Source of the DNA: Octopus sinensis | Taxonomy: Eukaryota | DNA: 64,000 nucleotides | Assembly: GCF_006345805.1 (NCBI RefSeq) | Contig: NC_043005.1 | Span: 3,720,001-3,784,000 of the forward strand | Reading direction: 5' to 3' | Shown: one piece after another, positions 51,411-64,000 of the stretch | How positions within the stretch are numbered: position 1 is the stretch's first letter | Layout of the letters: every line of letters begins with the position of its first letter | Position numbers and translations under genes: made by a program | Notes under the pieces: generated by a model | Databases searched by the model: none | Seen by the model: the letters and a program-made list of their open reading frames with translations, nothing else | Told to the model about the DNA's origin: nothing

Positions 51411-52069
51411 CTTGTGTATAAGTCATATTACTTTATAGTTGACTTTAAATGAAAAAAAAACTGGTGAGCAACTTATACACAAAGTATGGCTAAAACTATC
51501 AAGGAAAAACTGTACTAAGGTTTGATATTAACCCTTTAACATTTAAACCAGCCATATCCTGCCTCTCGCACATACCCTACCAAGTCAGTATAAAAATAAA
51601 CATTCACCACACTGAAATCTTGAAGCTACAAGATAATACAGGCTTAATTCAAAGCTGTGTGAATAGATAAGCATTTACAGTTGACAAAGTTAAATTAGGG
51701 ATGTTCCATGTCTGAGTGCAACTTATGGGTTGAAACAGGATGTTGTTATGTACCTATGGCTGTGGAGATATTTCTATTGCACTTCAGTGCTTTTTTGGTT
51801 CTTGTGGGTGTGTAATTAATTCTTTTGTAAATAATCCACAGGTTGTCAGCCATGTAACATGTTAAACAGAGCAGAACCATGAACAGAGTACTAAATAATT
51901 TGCTAAAATAACAATTTTTGACTAAGTTTCCATAGTTTCTAAGACAGTGGTTAAGACACAGTGGAAAAGCAAGGAAATAAAGCTGTGGTAACTAATTTTT
52001 AATAAATGGATATGTTGTGCTTAGGATTAGTGGTGGTGCATAATAAGAAAGAGAGAAAATAATTGTTAC

Positions 52070-52329
52070 CAAGTGAGAGCTTGGGATGTCCAATAGACAA
52101 CATGCCAGAGAGCAGGTAGCACATAGTCAGGTACATGGCTAACTGGTGGCTCACATCCTACAACAGCTTCAGGAGTAACTCTCCTTGCAGTAGTTGTCAG
52201 TTTCTCAGTCCCTGATTGCAATGATGTGGATGAGATGTTGCCAGCTGCTGTTGTCACAGAAACATTTTGGTAAGCAGCAGTGGTAGTACTGATTGATTTT
52301 TGATTTTGTAAACATTGGCGATAAAATGT
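52070..52329 (-). CDS. LMBRD2: LMBRD2 coding exon 2
   Basis: ttttag|TFYRQCLQNQKSISTTTAAYQNVSVTTAAGNISS...GCEPPVSHVPDYVLPALWHVVYWTSQALT-TG|gtaaca. 260 nt, includes the WxVVYWTSQxLTW motif. Confidence 0.93.
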
Positions 52330-54958
52330 CTAAAAGAAAATCGAAACAGCATAAAGTGTGAGAACTGAAATAACACAATACAAATATAGATATTTATGGA
52401 GAGAAGGGGGGGAAAAAACTATTCAAATTATTATAGACAAATATAATGCAGAATATCCAACTCAGTAATAAGGGCTTTGATTTTAATGCCTTGATTTCCA
52501 TAAACAGAAACCTTGAGAGCATCCTCCAATGGGGTCATATCAACTTTGTGAGAGAAAGAAATAAAACTTTGAAGCTGTACTCATATCAAGACAAAAACAC
52601 CACACCCCTATAAACATGAGCAGTCCCCCAACTCGAGCCTTTACGGTTGTCCAAAATGCTGGATTTGGCTATAACAGAGAAAGTCTCTTGGTGGTAGTGC
52701 ATCCTTTAGTATAACTAGGACTGACTTCCAAATACTAGTTCTTCTCATTAGGGCCAAGAAATATTTCAGTGAACAAGGCTCAAGTGAAGCCCACAAGGGA
52801 CTACTGCTCCCACATCTGGAATGGTGCAATGGCTATTACAGACTGACATGCTGGACCCTGTCGAAAGGAGGGATGTTCAAACTTCTTGAAATCTCGTCCC
52901 TAATAGGCACATGCCAGCCTCTGGCCTACACACACAGTTTCTCCTCTCTTTCTGTCTTTACTATCACTATCATAATGGCTCCTGCTGCTCAGGGTTGGCT
53001 GGTCTCATGCCTCCATCATTTAACCCTTTCGTTAACAACCCAGATGAAACCGGCTCTGGCTCTGCAGTACAAATGTCTTGTTTTCTTAAGTTCTGAATTA
53101 AAATCCTCCACCAAACCTTAGTCACAATTTATGTTCCTAACACCAGCTGAATGATAACTAAGTTATTTTGCTAAATTCTTTCTTATATTTAAAGTAATTG
53201 AAAGAAACCTGACAGAGCATCTCAAAATAAATACGGTAACGAAAGGGTTAACCCATTTATCACTTCCCCTACCAACACTACTGGTGCATCCAACCCCACC
53301 TTTCTCCTTTTTCCCCACACCAACTACTTTACCCAATCCTTCCTCCTCCAAAACATCATCCCCTCAGGAATCTCCTCCCTACTCATGTCTTTCTTACGGG
53401 TGTGAACCTGCAACTGCTTAAATGGAACATTAATGGAATCAATACCACCAGGTCTCAGATGGCTTACAAGGGTCACAAGCTTTGTCCCTTCCTTTAGGCT
53501 TCACAAGTAAAAACAAAGTTTAAAGTTCAATCTTTCAGTTGTGATATTAATTTCCTGTGGGCTCCCATCTTTCTTGACAACAGGAATGGATTTTGTACAT
53601 TAGGATGGCTGCTGGTGGAATCGGATGAGGTTAGCTTTTATATTTTAATCAGAAGGCAGAGGCCATGATCTGTTGCAGGGATTCCAAGAATGGTGGGAGA
53701 GGAAGAGAAAGTTATCCTCAAACTGGAAACCTGGTGTGAATGTTTGCAACAGAATGGATTTTGCTAGACGTATCCAAGGTGGCAAGCAGTGGTGTCAAAC
53801 CAGGAAATGGATTCTGTTTCTATATAACTTACTGGATGGTGAGATTATCTGGTGAAAACTGCAAGGGGCAGCAAGTCCATGGCCAGACAGGTTTTTCATG
53901 GGATATTGGAAATGAATGACACTGGTTGTGTGATGCTAATGTTTGTTTATAACAATTTCATACCAAGAACACAAATGGGTTGAGGTACACTACAGCTGTT
54001 TCAGACATGTTTTTCATTGATGAACAAATCAATTACATAATTAAAAAAAAAACCATTTTCTTCTTTGAATTAAAATTTAAACCTAAAATGTAATATTTGG
54101 CTCACAGAGAATATATGTCAACTGCCTCATCTTGGAGACGATCAAGAGAGTGAAAATAGCAAGATCTTATATGGGAGAGAGAATCATAAACCCATCGACA
54201 ACACACAATGGACTTCTTTTCTGTTTACATCTACCAAACCTACTCACAAGGCTTACCAAAGATGCTACATGATAGGATTGAACTCAAAACCTTGGGAATG
54301 GTACATTTTCTACTGGAGTCTCAGTGTTTTATCCTCCTTTCAAGCGTTCATCTCAATAAACAACCAAAACGGTCACTAATTCAATGTCCTGACATTAAAC
54401 TACTTTCTCTCTCTTTTTATCTTCTCTACTACAACCAGATTGTGGTTGAGGTTACAGCGTAGCCTTAGACAACTCCGAAGAAGCCTAACAGACACTGAAG
54501 AAATATTCTAACATTTATAATGGTGGTCATCAAATATTTCTAGTTTGTATGGGGTCTTAAGATTTAGGACCTAAAATATCTGGTCTGCATTTTAATCCTT
54601 TTTATTACTACACAAATTTCCCAAATAAAAGTGATTGAAACTAAAAGCTTACATCAAACTTTCATGTTCATTTACGTCCCAAACATCAGCTTTAATGGTG
54701 ACAAAGTTATTTTACTAAATTCTTCATCATTTCTTAATTTATTCGAAACAAAAGCAGTGTGTTTCAATAGATGTATGGTAACACACACACACAAAAAAAA
54801 GGTTAAATTTAGAAATTTGGCTCCTACTTTGAGCAAGATGGAACAAACATATACAAGATCTTCATTGGCAAATTAAGCAACATGGTAAATGTTGGCAGGA
54901 GGCCACGTCTTATATACATAAACATTGCTATTCTTTATTTTAATGTCACAATGGGTGG

Positions 54959-55179
54959 TACAAGAGGGCGCTGAAAAGTTCCTGGCTTTGGGTTAAAGAA
55001 AATACAGAAGGATCAGTTAATCATGATTTTATTCAACGTATTCCCCTCTCAGATTCACACACATATTGCAGAAGACCATCAGTTTTTCTAAGCCCTGTAA
55101 AAGAATTTGGAAGGTTGGGCCTCCAACCAGGCCTTTCAGGAAACCCTTAAAACCAGGAACTTTCCAGCAGCCCCTCATA
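54959..55179. mobile_element. mariner-derived MITE with TA target duplication
   Basis: About 30-bp imperfect TIRs: TA-CAAGAGGGCGCTGAAAAGTTCCTGGCTTT and AAAACCAGGAACTTTCCAGCAGCCCCTCA-TA. Confidence 0.7.
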
Positions 55180-55656
55180 AATTTAATCAGTCATGTGGTT
55201 CAACACTTCTCATCTGAAAGCTTGTGTGCTTTTTGCAGTATTAAGGCCAGGTTTCTAGTTTTTTGCCTTCTTTCTCTCCACTACTCACAGAGATCTTGTA
55301 ACACTTCATGGTTAATCGTTTTCCCACCTGACTAAAAGGAGAGAAAAAAATTTTTTAAATAAGTTGCATAACCAATAACTCACAAACCATTTATTGTGAG
55401 TCACTGGAAATGCTTTGTAGGCGAAGTTAAATTTCAGCAGAATTCAGTATTCCTTAAGAATGTTCTGAATCTGTCTATTTTTGTATTTTTCCATTTATTT
55501 ATTTAACACAAGGAGGGACGAAGAATGCTTAGAATCGTTTTTAGAAATGTCAAGACAGGAATATCTATATATAACTGGCAAAGTTGGCATAGTGAATGTT
55601 CGGTTTAAGCTATTGCATGTTAGGGGTTTGCAGGAGGCAAGGAGGATGGTATGGAG

Positions 55657-55847
55657 CAGTGGTTCCCAACATTTTCACTACCAAGGACCCATTTTATTTT
55701 AATGAGTTTTCCTACAGACCCCCTTTTAATATGCTTATCCTTATGTGTGTGTGTAAAATTTTGAATTTAGTTCACAGAACCCCCCCCCCCCCAGTACTGC
55801 CTTTGTGGACTACCAGGGGCCCATGGACCACAGGTTGGGAACCACTG
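55657..55847. mobile_element. hAT-like MITE
   Basis: Perfect 14-bp TIRs CAGTGGTTCCCAAC and GTTGGGAACCACTG. Degenerate 8-bp flanks GTATGGAG and GTACAGAA. Confidence 0.7.
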
Positions 55848-57516
55848 GTACAGAATGTGGACTGATAGAGTTTCCAGACACAGATTGTTCTGAGAAAGCA
55901 ATATTGAGAAGGCCATTAAATGTAGCCCTTTTGTGATCACTGACCCTGCTAAAAATAGTAGCCAAATCTCCCTTAAATCATAGCCTACTATCTTAAAAAC
56001 AAAGGACATAATGAGTAATATAAAACTAGGTACACTACTGTATCTGAAGGAAAGCTGAGACGGTCATGGCTGGAACACCTGCTTCATCGTGACTGACACA
56101 GATTTCAACATAACCTGGTTATTCAACTTGCAAAAATAATAATTCAGTTTCTCTTAAGCTTTTTGTTACCATATTTATGTTGAAGTAAATCCCCTTTCTT
56201 CTGCCTCTTACATTCTACATGCGTCAGTCATTAGACTGTGGCCATGCTGGGGCACTGCCTTGAAGAATTTTAGTCAAACAAATCGACACCAGTACTTTTT
56301 TTAAGCCTGGTACTTGACCTCTTGATCTCTTTAGCCGAATGGCTAAGCTATGGTTGTTAAGCAGTGGTGGGGAGGGCGACAAACACAAAACACACATATA
56401 CACGATGGGCTTCTTTCAGTTTCTGCTTACCAAATTCACAATCCAAGGCTACAGAAAAAGATATTAGCCCAAGATGCCTTGCAGTGGAAGTGAACCCAGA
56501 ACCATGTGGTTGGGAAGCAAACTTCTTATTAGACGGCCATTGCAATTAATCTTTAAAGCGATGGAAAAGTTAGTAAAATAACCATCATCACTAAACTGGT
56601 GCTTAACCCTTTTGTTACCGTATTTCTGTTGAGATGCTCTCTGTTTCTTTCAATTAATTTTAAATATAACAAAGAATTGAGTAAAATAATTTAGTTATCA
56701 TTAAGCTAGTGTTAGGAACATAAATTGTGACTAAAGTTTGGTGGAGGATTTTAATTCAGAACTTTTGAAAACAAGACATTTGTACTACAGAGCCAGAGCT
56801 GGTTACAGCCAGGTTGGTAATGAAAGGATTAAGGCAGTGAGCTCACCAAATCATTAACACACTAGATGAAATGCTTTGTGGAATCTGCCGAGGTTAACTT
56901 TACCTTTCATCCTTTTGCCATTCACAAAATAAGTATCATTTGAGTTGAGGTAATCGACTGCCCCACCCTTCAAAATTGCTGGCCTTGTGCCAAAATAAAA
57001 CTGGTGTTTGGAACATAAATTAACATGAAATTTTGATTGAGGGTTTTAATTTAGATCACTTTAAAACAGAAGCATTCTCAGGTGGACTTGTATCAAAAGG
57101 GTTAAACCACAACCTATGACCTTAAAAAAGAGGATATACTGAAAAATAGTAGAATTAGATACACTACTGAGACTGAAGAAAAGCTGAGATGGGCATGGAT
57201 GGACTGCAACAAAGCATCATCATGATGCATAGATACCATCTTTTACTTGTTTTAGTCTGTGGCCATGCTGGGGCACCACATTGAAGAAATTTTAGTCAAA
57301 TGTTTTAAGCATGATACGTATTCTACTAGTCTCTTTCATATAACCTTTATGTGGGTGAAGACCTTCTCTAGCCTGGGGTGCTGGTGTTTCTCCTTTCCCT
57401 ACTGTCTTTGTCACTTGACATTTTTAGAGAGAACCCATTTCTCATCTCCAGTCACTATTTGGTCCCCCAAAAAGGTTCATTCGTGAGATGTGACAGCAAA
57501 GAAGAGCACACATTCA

Positions 57517-58057
57517 CTCTCTGTGTGCGATTAGACTTGGGAAGGTTTAGTCCACTTTGTACTTTTAAACCCAAACCAAACGATAACAAAGGAGATCTAC
57601 TGTGAGCAGCTTCATCAGCTTGAGTCCAGTGCTAGAAGAAAAACGACCATCTTTGCTTTCAAGATGAAAGGTGTTCTTCCATCAGGATAATGCTCAGCCA
57701 TATACAGTGAGGATGACATTCCAAAGGCTGGAGCAATCTGAATGGGAAACTATGCCCACCCACCATATTCACCGGACGCTGCTGTATCTGACTATCATTT
57801 ATTCCCCAGTCTTCAAAATCAATTGGACGGAAAAAACATGAATTCTGTAGATGAGGTCAGAACAGTACTGGAGGAGTATTTTTGTCACAGACAAGTGAAT
57901 TTTGGAAGAGGGGGCCTGGCAAGTCTACCAGATAGATGGAAAAGCATTGTAGAAAATGAAAGAGAGCATATTTTAGATTAAAAAAGAACTTTATCTTAAT
58001 TTTGAAAAATAAAAGAAGTATTAAAAAAAAATGCATTATTTATGGGATGACCCAATA
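57517..58057 (+). mobile_element. mariner transposase 3' remnant with right TIR
   Basis: Broken frames EGLVHFVLLNPNQTITKEIYCEQL / VFFHQDNAQP / HPPYSPDAAVSDYHLFPSLQNQLDG...LPDRWKSIVEN. Ends GCATTATTTATGGGATGACCCAA-TA. Confidence 0.85.
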
Positions 58058-58367
58058 TATATATATATATAGATAGATCCTTTATATATATGTATATATA
58101 GGCCCAACACACACACACACACAATGGAATTCTTGCAGTTTCTGTCTTCCAAATGCACTCACAATGTATTGGTTAGCCCAGGGCTATAGAAGACACTTGC
58201 CCAAAGCACCATGAAGTGGGACTGAACCCAGAGCCATGCGGTCAGCAAACAAACATCTTGCTACACATTCATGCCTGCACCTACATAATTACAATTTAAT
58301 GTCAAGTTTGTTAACAATAAAGACAAAACAAGGAGAGGTAATATGAAATAAAAGGCTGCCGACTCAC

Positions 58368-58541
58368 CGATGAAACATCCAGTGGGATGATGAAGATTAT
58401 CATCAAAGAGAAATACCAGGCAACGAATGTGGCCAAGGTGACCAGGACATGCTGCTTCCTCCAATCACCATAGCGATGAATAAGCAGCAAGGCAAGAATA
58501 CAGGTACAGATAATCTCTACGGTGAGTGGTCCGGCACTCAT
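58368..58541 (-). CDS. LMBRD2: LMBRD2 coding exon 1
   Basis: MSAGPLTVEIICTCILALLLIHRYGDWRKQHVLVTLATFVAWYFSLMIIFIIPLDVSS|gtgagt. 174 nt, includes the HRYGD and PLDVS motifs of LMBRD2. Confidence 0.95.
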
Positions 58542-58603
58542 GGTTCATGCACCGCATGATCCACAAAAACTACGCAATAGAAATAAAGCTGCTCACAGCA
58601 AAC
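58542..58603 (-). other. LMBRD2: 5' UTR part of the first coding exon of LMBRD2
   Basis: Strong acceptor tttctctttcgttgcag ends at 58604, implying an upstream non-coding exon that was not located. Confidence 0.6.
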
Positions 58604-60381
58604 CTGCAACGAAAGAGAAAATGGTTAATAGCAAGTTATTTAAATGCATAACCAGCCCCAACCCATTCAAAAGTACCTTGGATCGTAGGGTGACCTGCTG
58701 TGCTTGAGGAGACCTATTGAGTCAAGTACATCAAAATCAAATGGAAATTGTAGCTGTGATACCTGTGCCGGTGGCACATAAAAGGCACCGTCCGAGCTTG
58801 GCCGATGCCAGCGCCACTTTGACAGGCTTCCGTGCTGGTGACACATAAAAATCACCAACCGATCGTGGTTGTTGCCAGCCTCCTCTGGCCCCTGTGCCGG
58901 TGGCATGTAAAAAAAGCACCCACTACATTCTCAGAGTGGTTGGCGTTAGGAAGGGCATCCAGACACCAGTCGAAGCATCCAACCCATGGAAAATGGATGT
59001 TAAATGATGATGATGATTTCTGAACACACTCTTGTGCATTGTGGGTAAGAAACGGGAGTGCTGTGATGATCCCAATGGGATCCACTTGAATAGGGTTTCA
59101 TAAAATATCAAAGATTCATAGCATTTTCCTTTTATTTGTTTCAGTCGTTTGACTGTGGCCATGCTGGAGCACTGCCTTTAGTCGAACAAATCGACCTCCC
59201 AGAACTTATTCTTTGTATGCCTAGTACTTATTCTATCGGTCTCTTATGCTGAACTGCTAAGTTATGGGGACGTAAACACACCAACATCGGTTGTCAAGTG
59301 ATGGTGGGTGGACAAACAAAGGCACACAAACACACACACATATATGTATACATACAACGGGCTTCTTTCAGTTTCTATCTACCAAATTCACTCACAAGGC
59401 TTTGGTCAGCCTGAGACTATAGTAGAAGACACTTGCCCAAGGTACCACACAGCGGGACTGAATCCGGAACCATGTGGTTGACAAAGCAAGCTTCTTACCA
59501 CACAGCCACTCCTGTATGTTTGTTTTTATGTTCACATTTCATTGCTAGCATGGGTTAGAGGAATATGTTACTGAGGCTTTGCTTTATAGCTGGATGCCTT
59601 TCCTGTTGCTAATGCTAACCTATTTATCAAGTAAGGGATCTCACATTCCATGCAGCTTTACAGACACAAAGGAAGCAGATGATTTGTGGACAGTAAAAAC
59701 AACAACGCTGCCAGTACATCACAACTTATGTACAGGCAATCATGGATTGAAACATAGGTGCAAGCATAGCTGTGGTCTTGGGTTCAGCCCCACTGTACAG
59801 CACTTTGGCAACTGACTTCTACTATGACCCTGGGCTGACCAAACTTGTGAGTGTATTTTGTGGGGAAAAATTGAAGAAAAGCCCATTGTGTGTGTGTACC
59901 CACCCTTGTTTTGACATCACATGATAACTGTAAACGAGTATCACCATCATACAAGTTGTATCATGTTAGCAACATCCCGTGACTAGGCTATGTGGCCATG
60001 GGGAAATATCATCTTTCTTGGAAATAGGAGAGGGTTAGCAACAGGAAGGGCAACCGGCCATAAAAAATGAAACTCAAGAAATTCCGTTTGACCCATGGAA
60101 GTATCAAGAAGAGGACATTAAACAATGATGATGATTACACACACATACACACACATGCATATATATGTATGCATGTGTATATAAGTCAAGGTTGCACGGC
60201 CTAGTGGTTAGGGTGTTGCACTCATGATCAGAAGATTGCGGTTTCAATTCCTGGACAGGGTGGTGCATTGTGTTTTTGAGCAAAACACTTCATCTTGTGT
60301 TGCTTCGCAACCACTTTGACACCTGATGTGAGGTACATTGTACACCTGTTCAGGAAACACTGATTTGATTTTATCCTATAA

Positions 60382-60422
<41 letters not shown>

Positions 60423-60502
60423 AATGGAGCATAGCTGCAGTGTTTAGGTATGAGCAGAATTCAGGTCAGTTGAAATATGTGACAAACACATATTTTAACT
60501 AA

Positions 60503-61026
<524 letters not shown>

Positions 61027-61343
61027 ATTATATATATATATATATATATAAAGATTCAGGTAAAAACCTTGTAGAATGCCATGCAAGGCTTGTCAATGAA
61101 GAACTTCTTTTGGCAATCATTTGAGGAGGTGCATTCTACACCTTTGATGTTGGAAAATGATTGCACATCTCACCTATGTAGTACAGGTGTAAGAATCTGT
61201 TGAAACAACCAAAGTGATTTTAAATGAAGAATATCATTAATTCTATTTTTTTCCATTTGTTTCACCTTTTGGCTAAGATCAAAGTGTAGTGTGTCTTTAT
61301 TTTTTATTTTTATTTTTATTTTTATATATATATATATATAATT

Positions 61344-61572
61344 GGCGGCGAGCTGGCAGAAACGTTAGCACGGCGGGCGAAATGCGTAGCCGTATTTCGT
61401 CTGCCATTACGTTCTGGGTTCAAATTCCGCCGAGGTCAACTTTACCTTTCATCCTTTTGGGGTCGAAAAATTAAGTACCAGTTACGCACTGGGGTCGATG
61501 CAATCGACTTAATCCGTTTGTCTGTCCTTGTTTGTCCCCTCTATGTTTATCCCCTTGTGGGTAGTAAAGAAG
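61344..61572 (+). mobile_element. young family-A SINE
   Basis: CpG-retaining copy: GGCGGCGAGCTGGCAGAAACGTTAGCACG...GGGTTCAAATTCC...AAGTACCAGTTACGCACTGGGGTCG...GTAGTAAAGAAG. Confidence 0.8.
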
Positions 61573-61573
61573 A

Positions 61574-61633
<60 letters not shown>

Positions 61634-61692
61634 TGGTCTACTTTCAGTTTCTGCCTACCAAATGCACTCACAAAGTTTTAGTCAGCCCAGAG

Positions 61693-62329
61693 CAGGACTG
61701 GCCAACCTGAGGCCTGCGGGCCACATGCAGCCCACAGACTTTTATCTTGCAACCTGCTTGATACTTTCTTAAAATGGGTTTATTTAAACAAACATTTTAA
61801 AACTTTTATCAAAAATTAAAGATTGTAATGAAAAGTAAAAGAGAAAGATTCTACTGTTTCTGCAACGATAATATTTCATGTTGAATCAACGATTATTCGT
61901 TCATTATATCTATTATATGGACATGTGTGTTTTCAGGGTGTGGGAGTAGAGACATGTGTGTCTCTGGGTATAAGCACCTGTTTTTATGTTCAACAGTAAA
62001 AAGATTATTGCTTTAATGTCTGCTCTCTGGATGCTCTTCCCCTTGACAACTATTATCTGTTTCCAGGCAAGGTAATATTTCTCCATGGCCAAACAGGTTT
62101 TCATGGAAGACTGGAAACAAATGACACTGCTTGTATAACAGTGATGCTCGTTTACAACTATTACACAATGCTAAGGCAAGGGAACACACATATGTATGTG
62201 TGTTAGAGATCATATACGTGGGTGCATGAGAAAGCAAAATGCTTTCAATTCTGTCAGTATACAAGCGACCCTCAAAAAACTTTCTGCAATTAAAGTGGCC
62301 CACAATGTGACTCGAGTTGGCCAGGCCTG
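61693..62329. mobile_element. hAT non-autonomous element with 8-bp TSD, nested in a family-B SINE
   Basis: Ends CAGGACTGGCCAAC and GTTGGCCAGGCCTG. TSD GCCCAGAG (61685-92) and GCCTAGAG (62330-37). The SINE sequence resumes on both sides. Confidence 0.72.
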
Positions 62330-62687
62330 GCCTAGAGCTTTAGAAGAACACATTTGCCTAAGGGGCTGCAGAATGAGGATGAACCCGAGGGAGGACATTT
62401 AGTTGGGAAGTGAAATTCTTAACCACACAGTCATGGTCGTATGTTTATAAATGACATGGAACGTGTGAAATACATATGGAATGGTTAATTAATCAGTTAT
62501 TTATAAGCAAAAATCTAATTAAAAATGCAGCAATCAAACAATATTCCCTGGACAGGTAACATGCTGATATTCAACTACTTGTCATAATGCTGTTGTTATT
62601 GTTGTTGTGGTGGTTGTAATATTAGTTCAAGTGTGGGTAGTTACGAATTTCTGCAACTGTAAACAGAGATTGAATTTTAGTCGTTTA

Positions 62688-62723
<36 letters not shown>

Positions 62724-63250
62724 TGTGTAAAGTGCTCAGGTGCACTACAACTCATCTAAAGTGTATATATAATCAGGTGTAGTTTCGGCGGATTTCGGAA
62801 AGCATGAGGGCCTTAAAAGATGCAGTGTCATGGCAGTCAACAACTGACGCAGGCAGTTTATTCCATGCTTCAGCAACTCTGAGCGTGAAAAAATGTTTCC
62901 GAAAGTCATGGGAGCTGTATTGTTTTCTGACTTTGTAGGCATGTCCACGTGTGTTAGACACATGGAGATCAAAAAGGTGTTCAGTGTTGTTGTTGGTGAG
63001 GTGGTTGATAACTTTGTGGGTGTTTACCAAGTCCGTCGCCAAACGCCGGAGCTTCAGTGAATCCATGCCCAGGGAAACAAGGCGCTCAGAATATGGTAGG
63101 TGTCTGATGGAGGGTATGCGTTTGGTTGCACGTCTCTGGACAGATTCCAGGAGATCAATGTTCTGTGCAAGATAGGGGTTCCAAACTGATGATGCGAATT
63201 CCAAGTGTGGTCGTACCATAGCTGTATACAGTTTTAAATAGTTTACTGAT
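62688..63250 (-). mobile_element. CR1/L2-group LINE, 5'-truncated, with (TTA)n tail
   Basis: ORF 62773-63219 VRPHLEFASSVWNPY...LESVQRRATKRI...YSERL...LRRL...TRGH...FFTLRVAEAWNKLP. 3' UTR hairpin AGTGC-ACCTGA-GCACT, and a tail read as (AAT)n at 62688-62723 on the + strand. Confidence 0.88.
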
Positions 63251-64000
63251 CGGCTCCAATCAGGCAGACTAAAGGTTCAAAATATTCCTGTCATGACCAT
63301 CACGAACATAGTATCGAGGACAACATTGCATAATACGTCACTCCCTGTTTAAGACATTAGGGTGTGATTTGAAAGAGATTGGGCTGCTGTTTCTAGCAGG
63401 TCGAGCGACCACTATAGGCTCCCTTATTGGCTTGTGTTAACACGACGAAACATTAGTCACTTACGACTTTAAGTACATTACAAATAGCTTGTCTTCCTAA
63501 AATTACTGTTTCATAAATGTGTGTCTGTGCTACACTGAAACACACCCTTCTAAATAATTGTGGTGGCAAAGTTTACCTTGGAAAATATCTGAGTAAAATC
63601 ATACAAAATATTTAGCAACTGACTGCAATAATACGATTAATAAATCAATGGGGTGTATTTATGTATGAAAATCTATTATATGGACATGTGTGTTTTCAGG
63701 GTGTGGGAGTAGAGACGTGTGTGTCTCTGGGTGTAAGCATCTGTTTTTATGTTCAACAGTAAAAAGATTATTGTTTTAATGTCCACTTCCTCGAAGCAGA
63801 TTTTCTATGCCTGGATGCTCTTCCTCTTGACAACTATTATCTGTTTCCAGGCAAGGTAATATTTCTCCATGGCCAAACATGTTTTCATGGAAGACAGGAA
63901 ACAAATGACACTGCTTGTATAACAGTGATGCTCGTTTACAACTATCACACAATGCCAAGGTAAGGAAACACACACACACACATATGTATGTGTGTTATAG

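Noticed and set aside
57742-57981. Mariner ORF as a domesticated (SETMAR-like) gene or active transposase
   Set aside because: It is 5'-truncated and frameshifted, has no SET domain or splice link, and still carries its TIR.

Overview
AT-rich, repeat-dense eukaryotic genomic DNA. The SINE/MITE repertoire looks octopod (cephalopod) to me, which is an inference. Two spliced genes lie tail-to-tail, and I traced both by hand with GT-AG sites and consistent phases. EIF2S1 (eIF2-alpha) is on the + strand: 7 coding exons, 7964-20734, 318 aa. LMBRD2 is on the - strand: 12 coding exons, 58541-22551, 714 aa. The 5' non-coding exons and promoters were not found. The rest is mainly tRNA-derived SINEs, TTAA/TA/hAT-type MITEs, RTE and CR1-like LINE fragments, mariner remnants and microsatellites. 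The most interesting signal is a six-copy family in which a tRNA-like Pol III head is fused to a minimal hammerhead-ribozyme motif. One copy sits directly behind a Penelope-like GIY-YIG ORF. Copies in sense orientation to their host genes have broken catalytic cores. Other candidates: a 35-nt poison exon and an overlapping uORF in LMBRD2, a perfect 99-bp intronic inverted repeat, three apparent local templated insertions, a stop-free 21-bp minisatellite and a Cys-rich ORF-like block.
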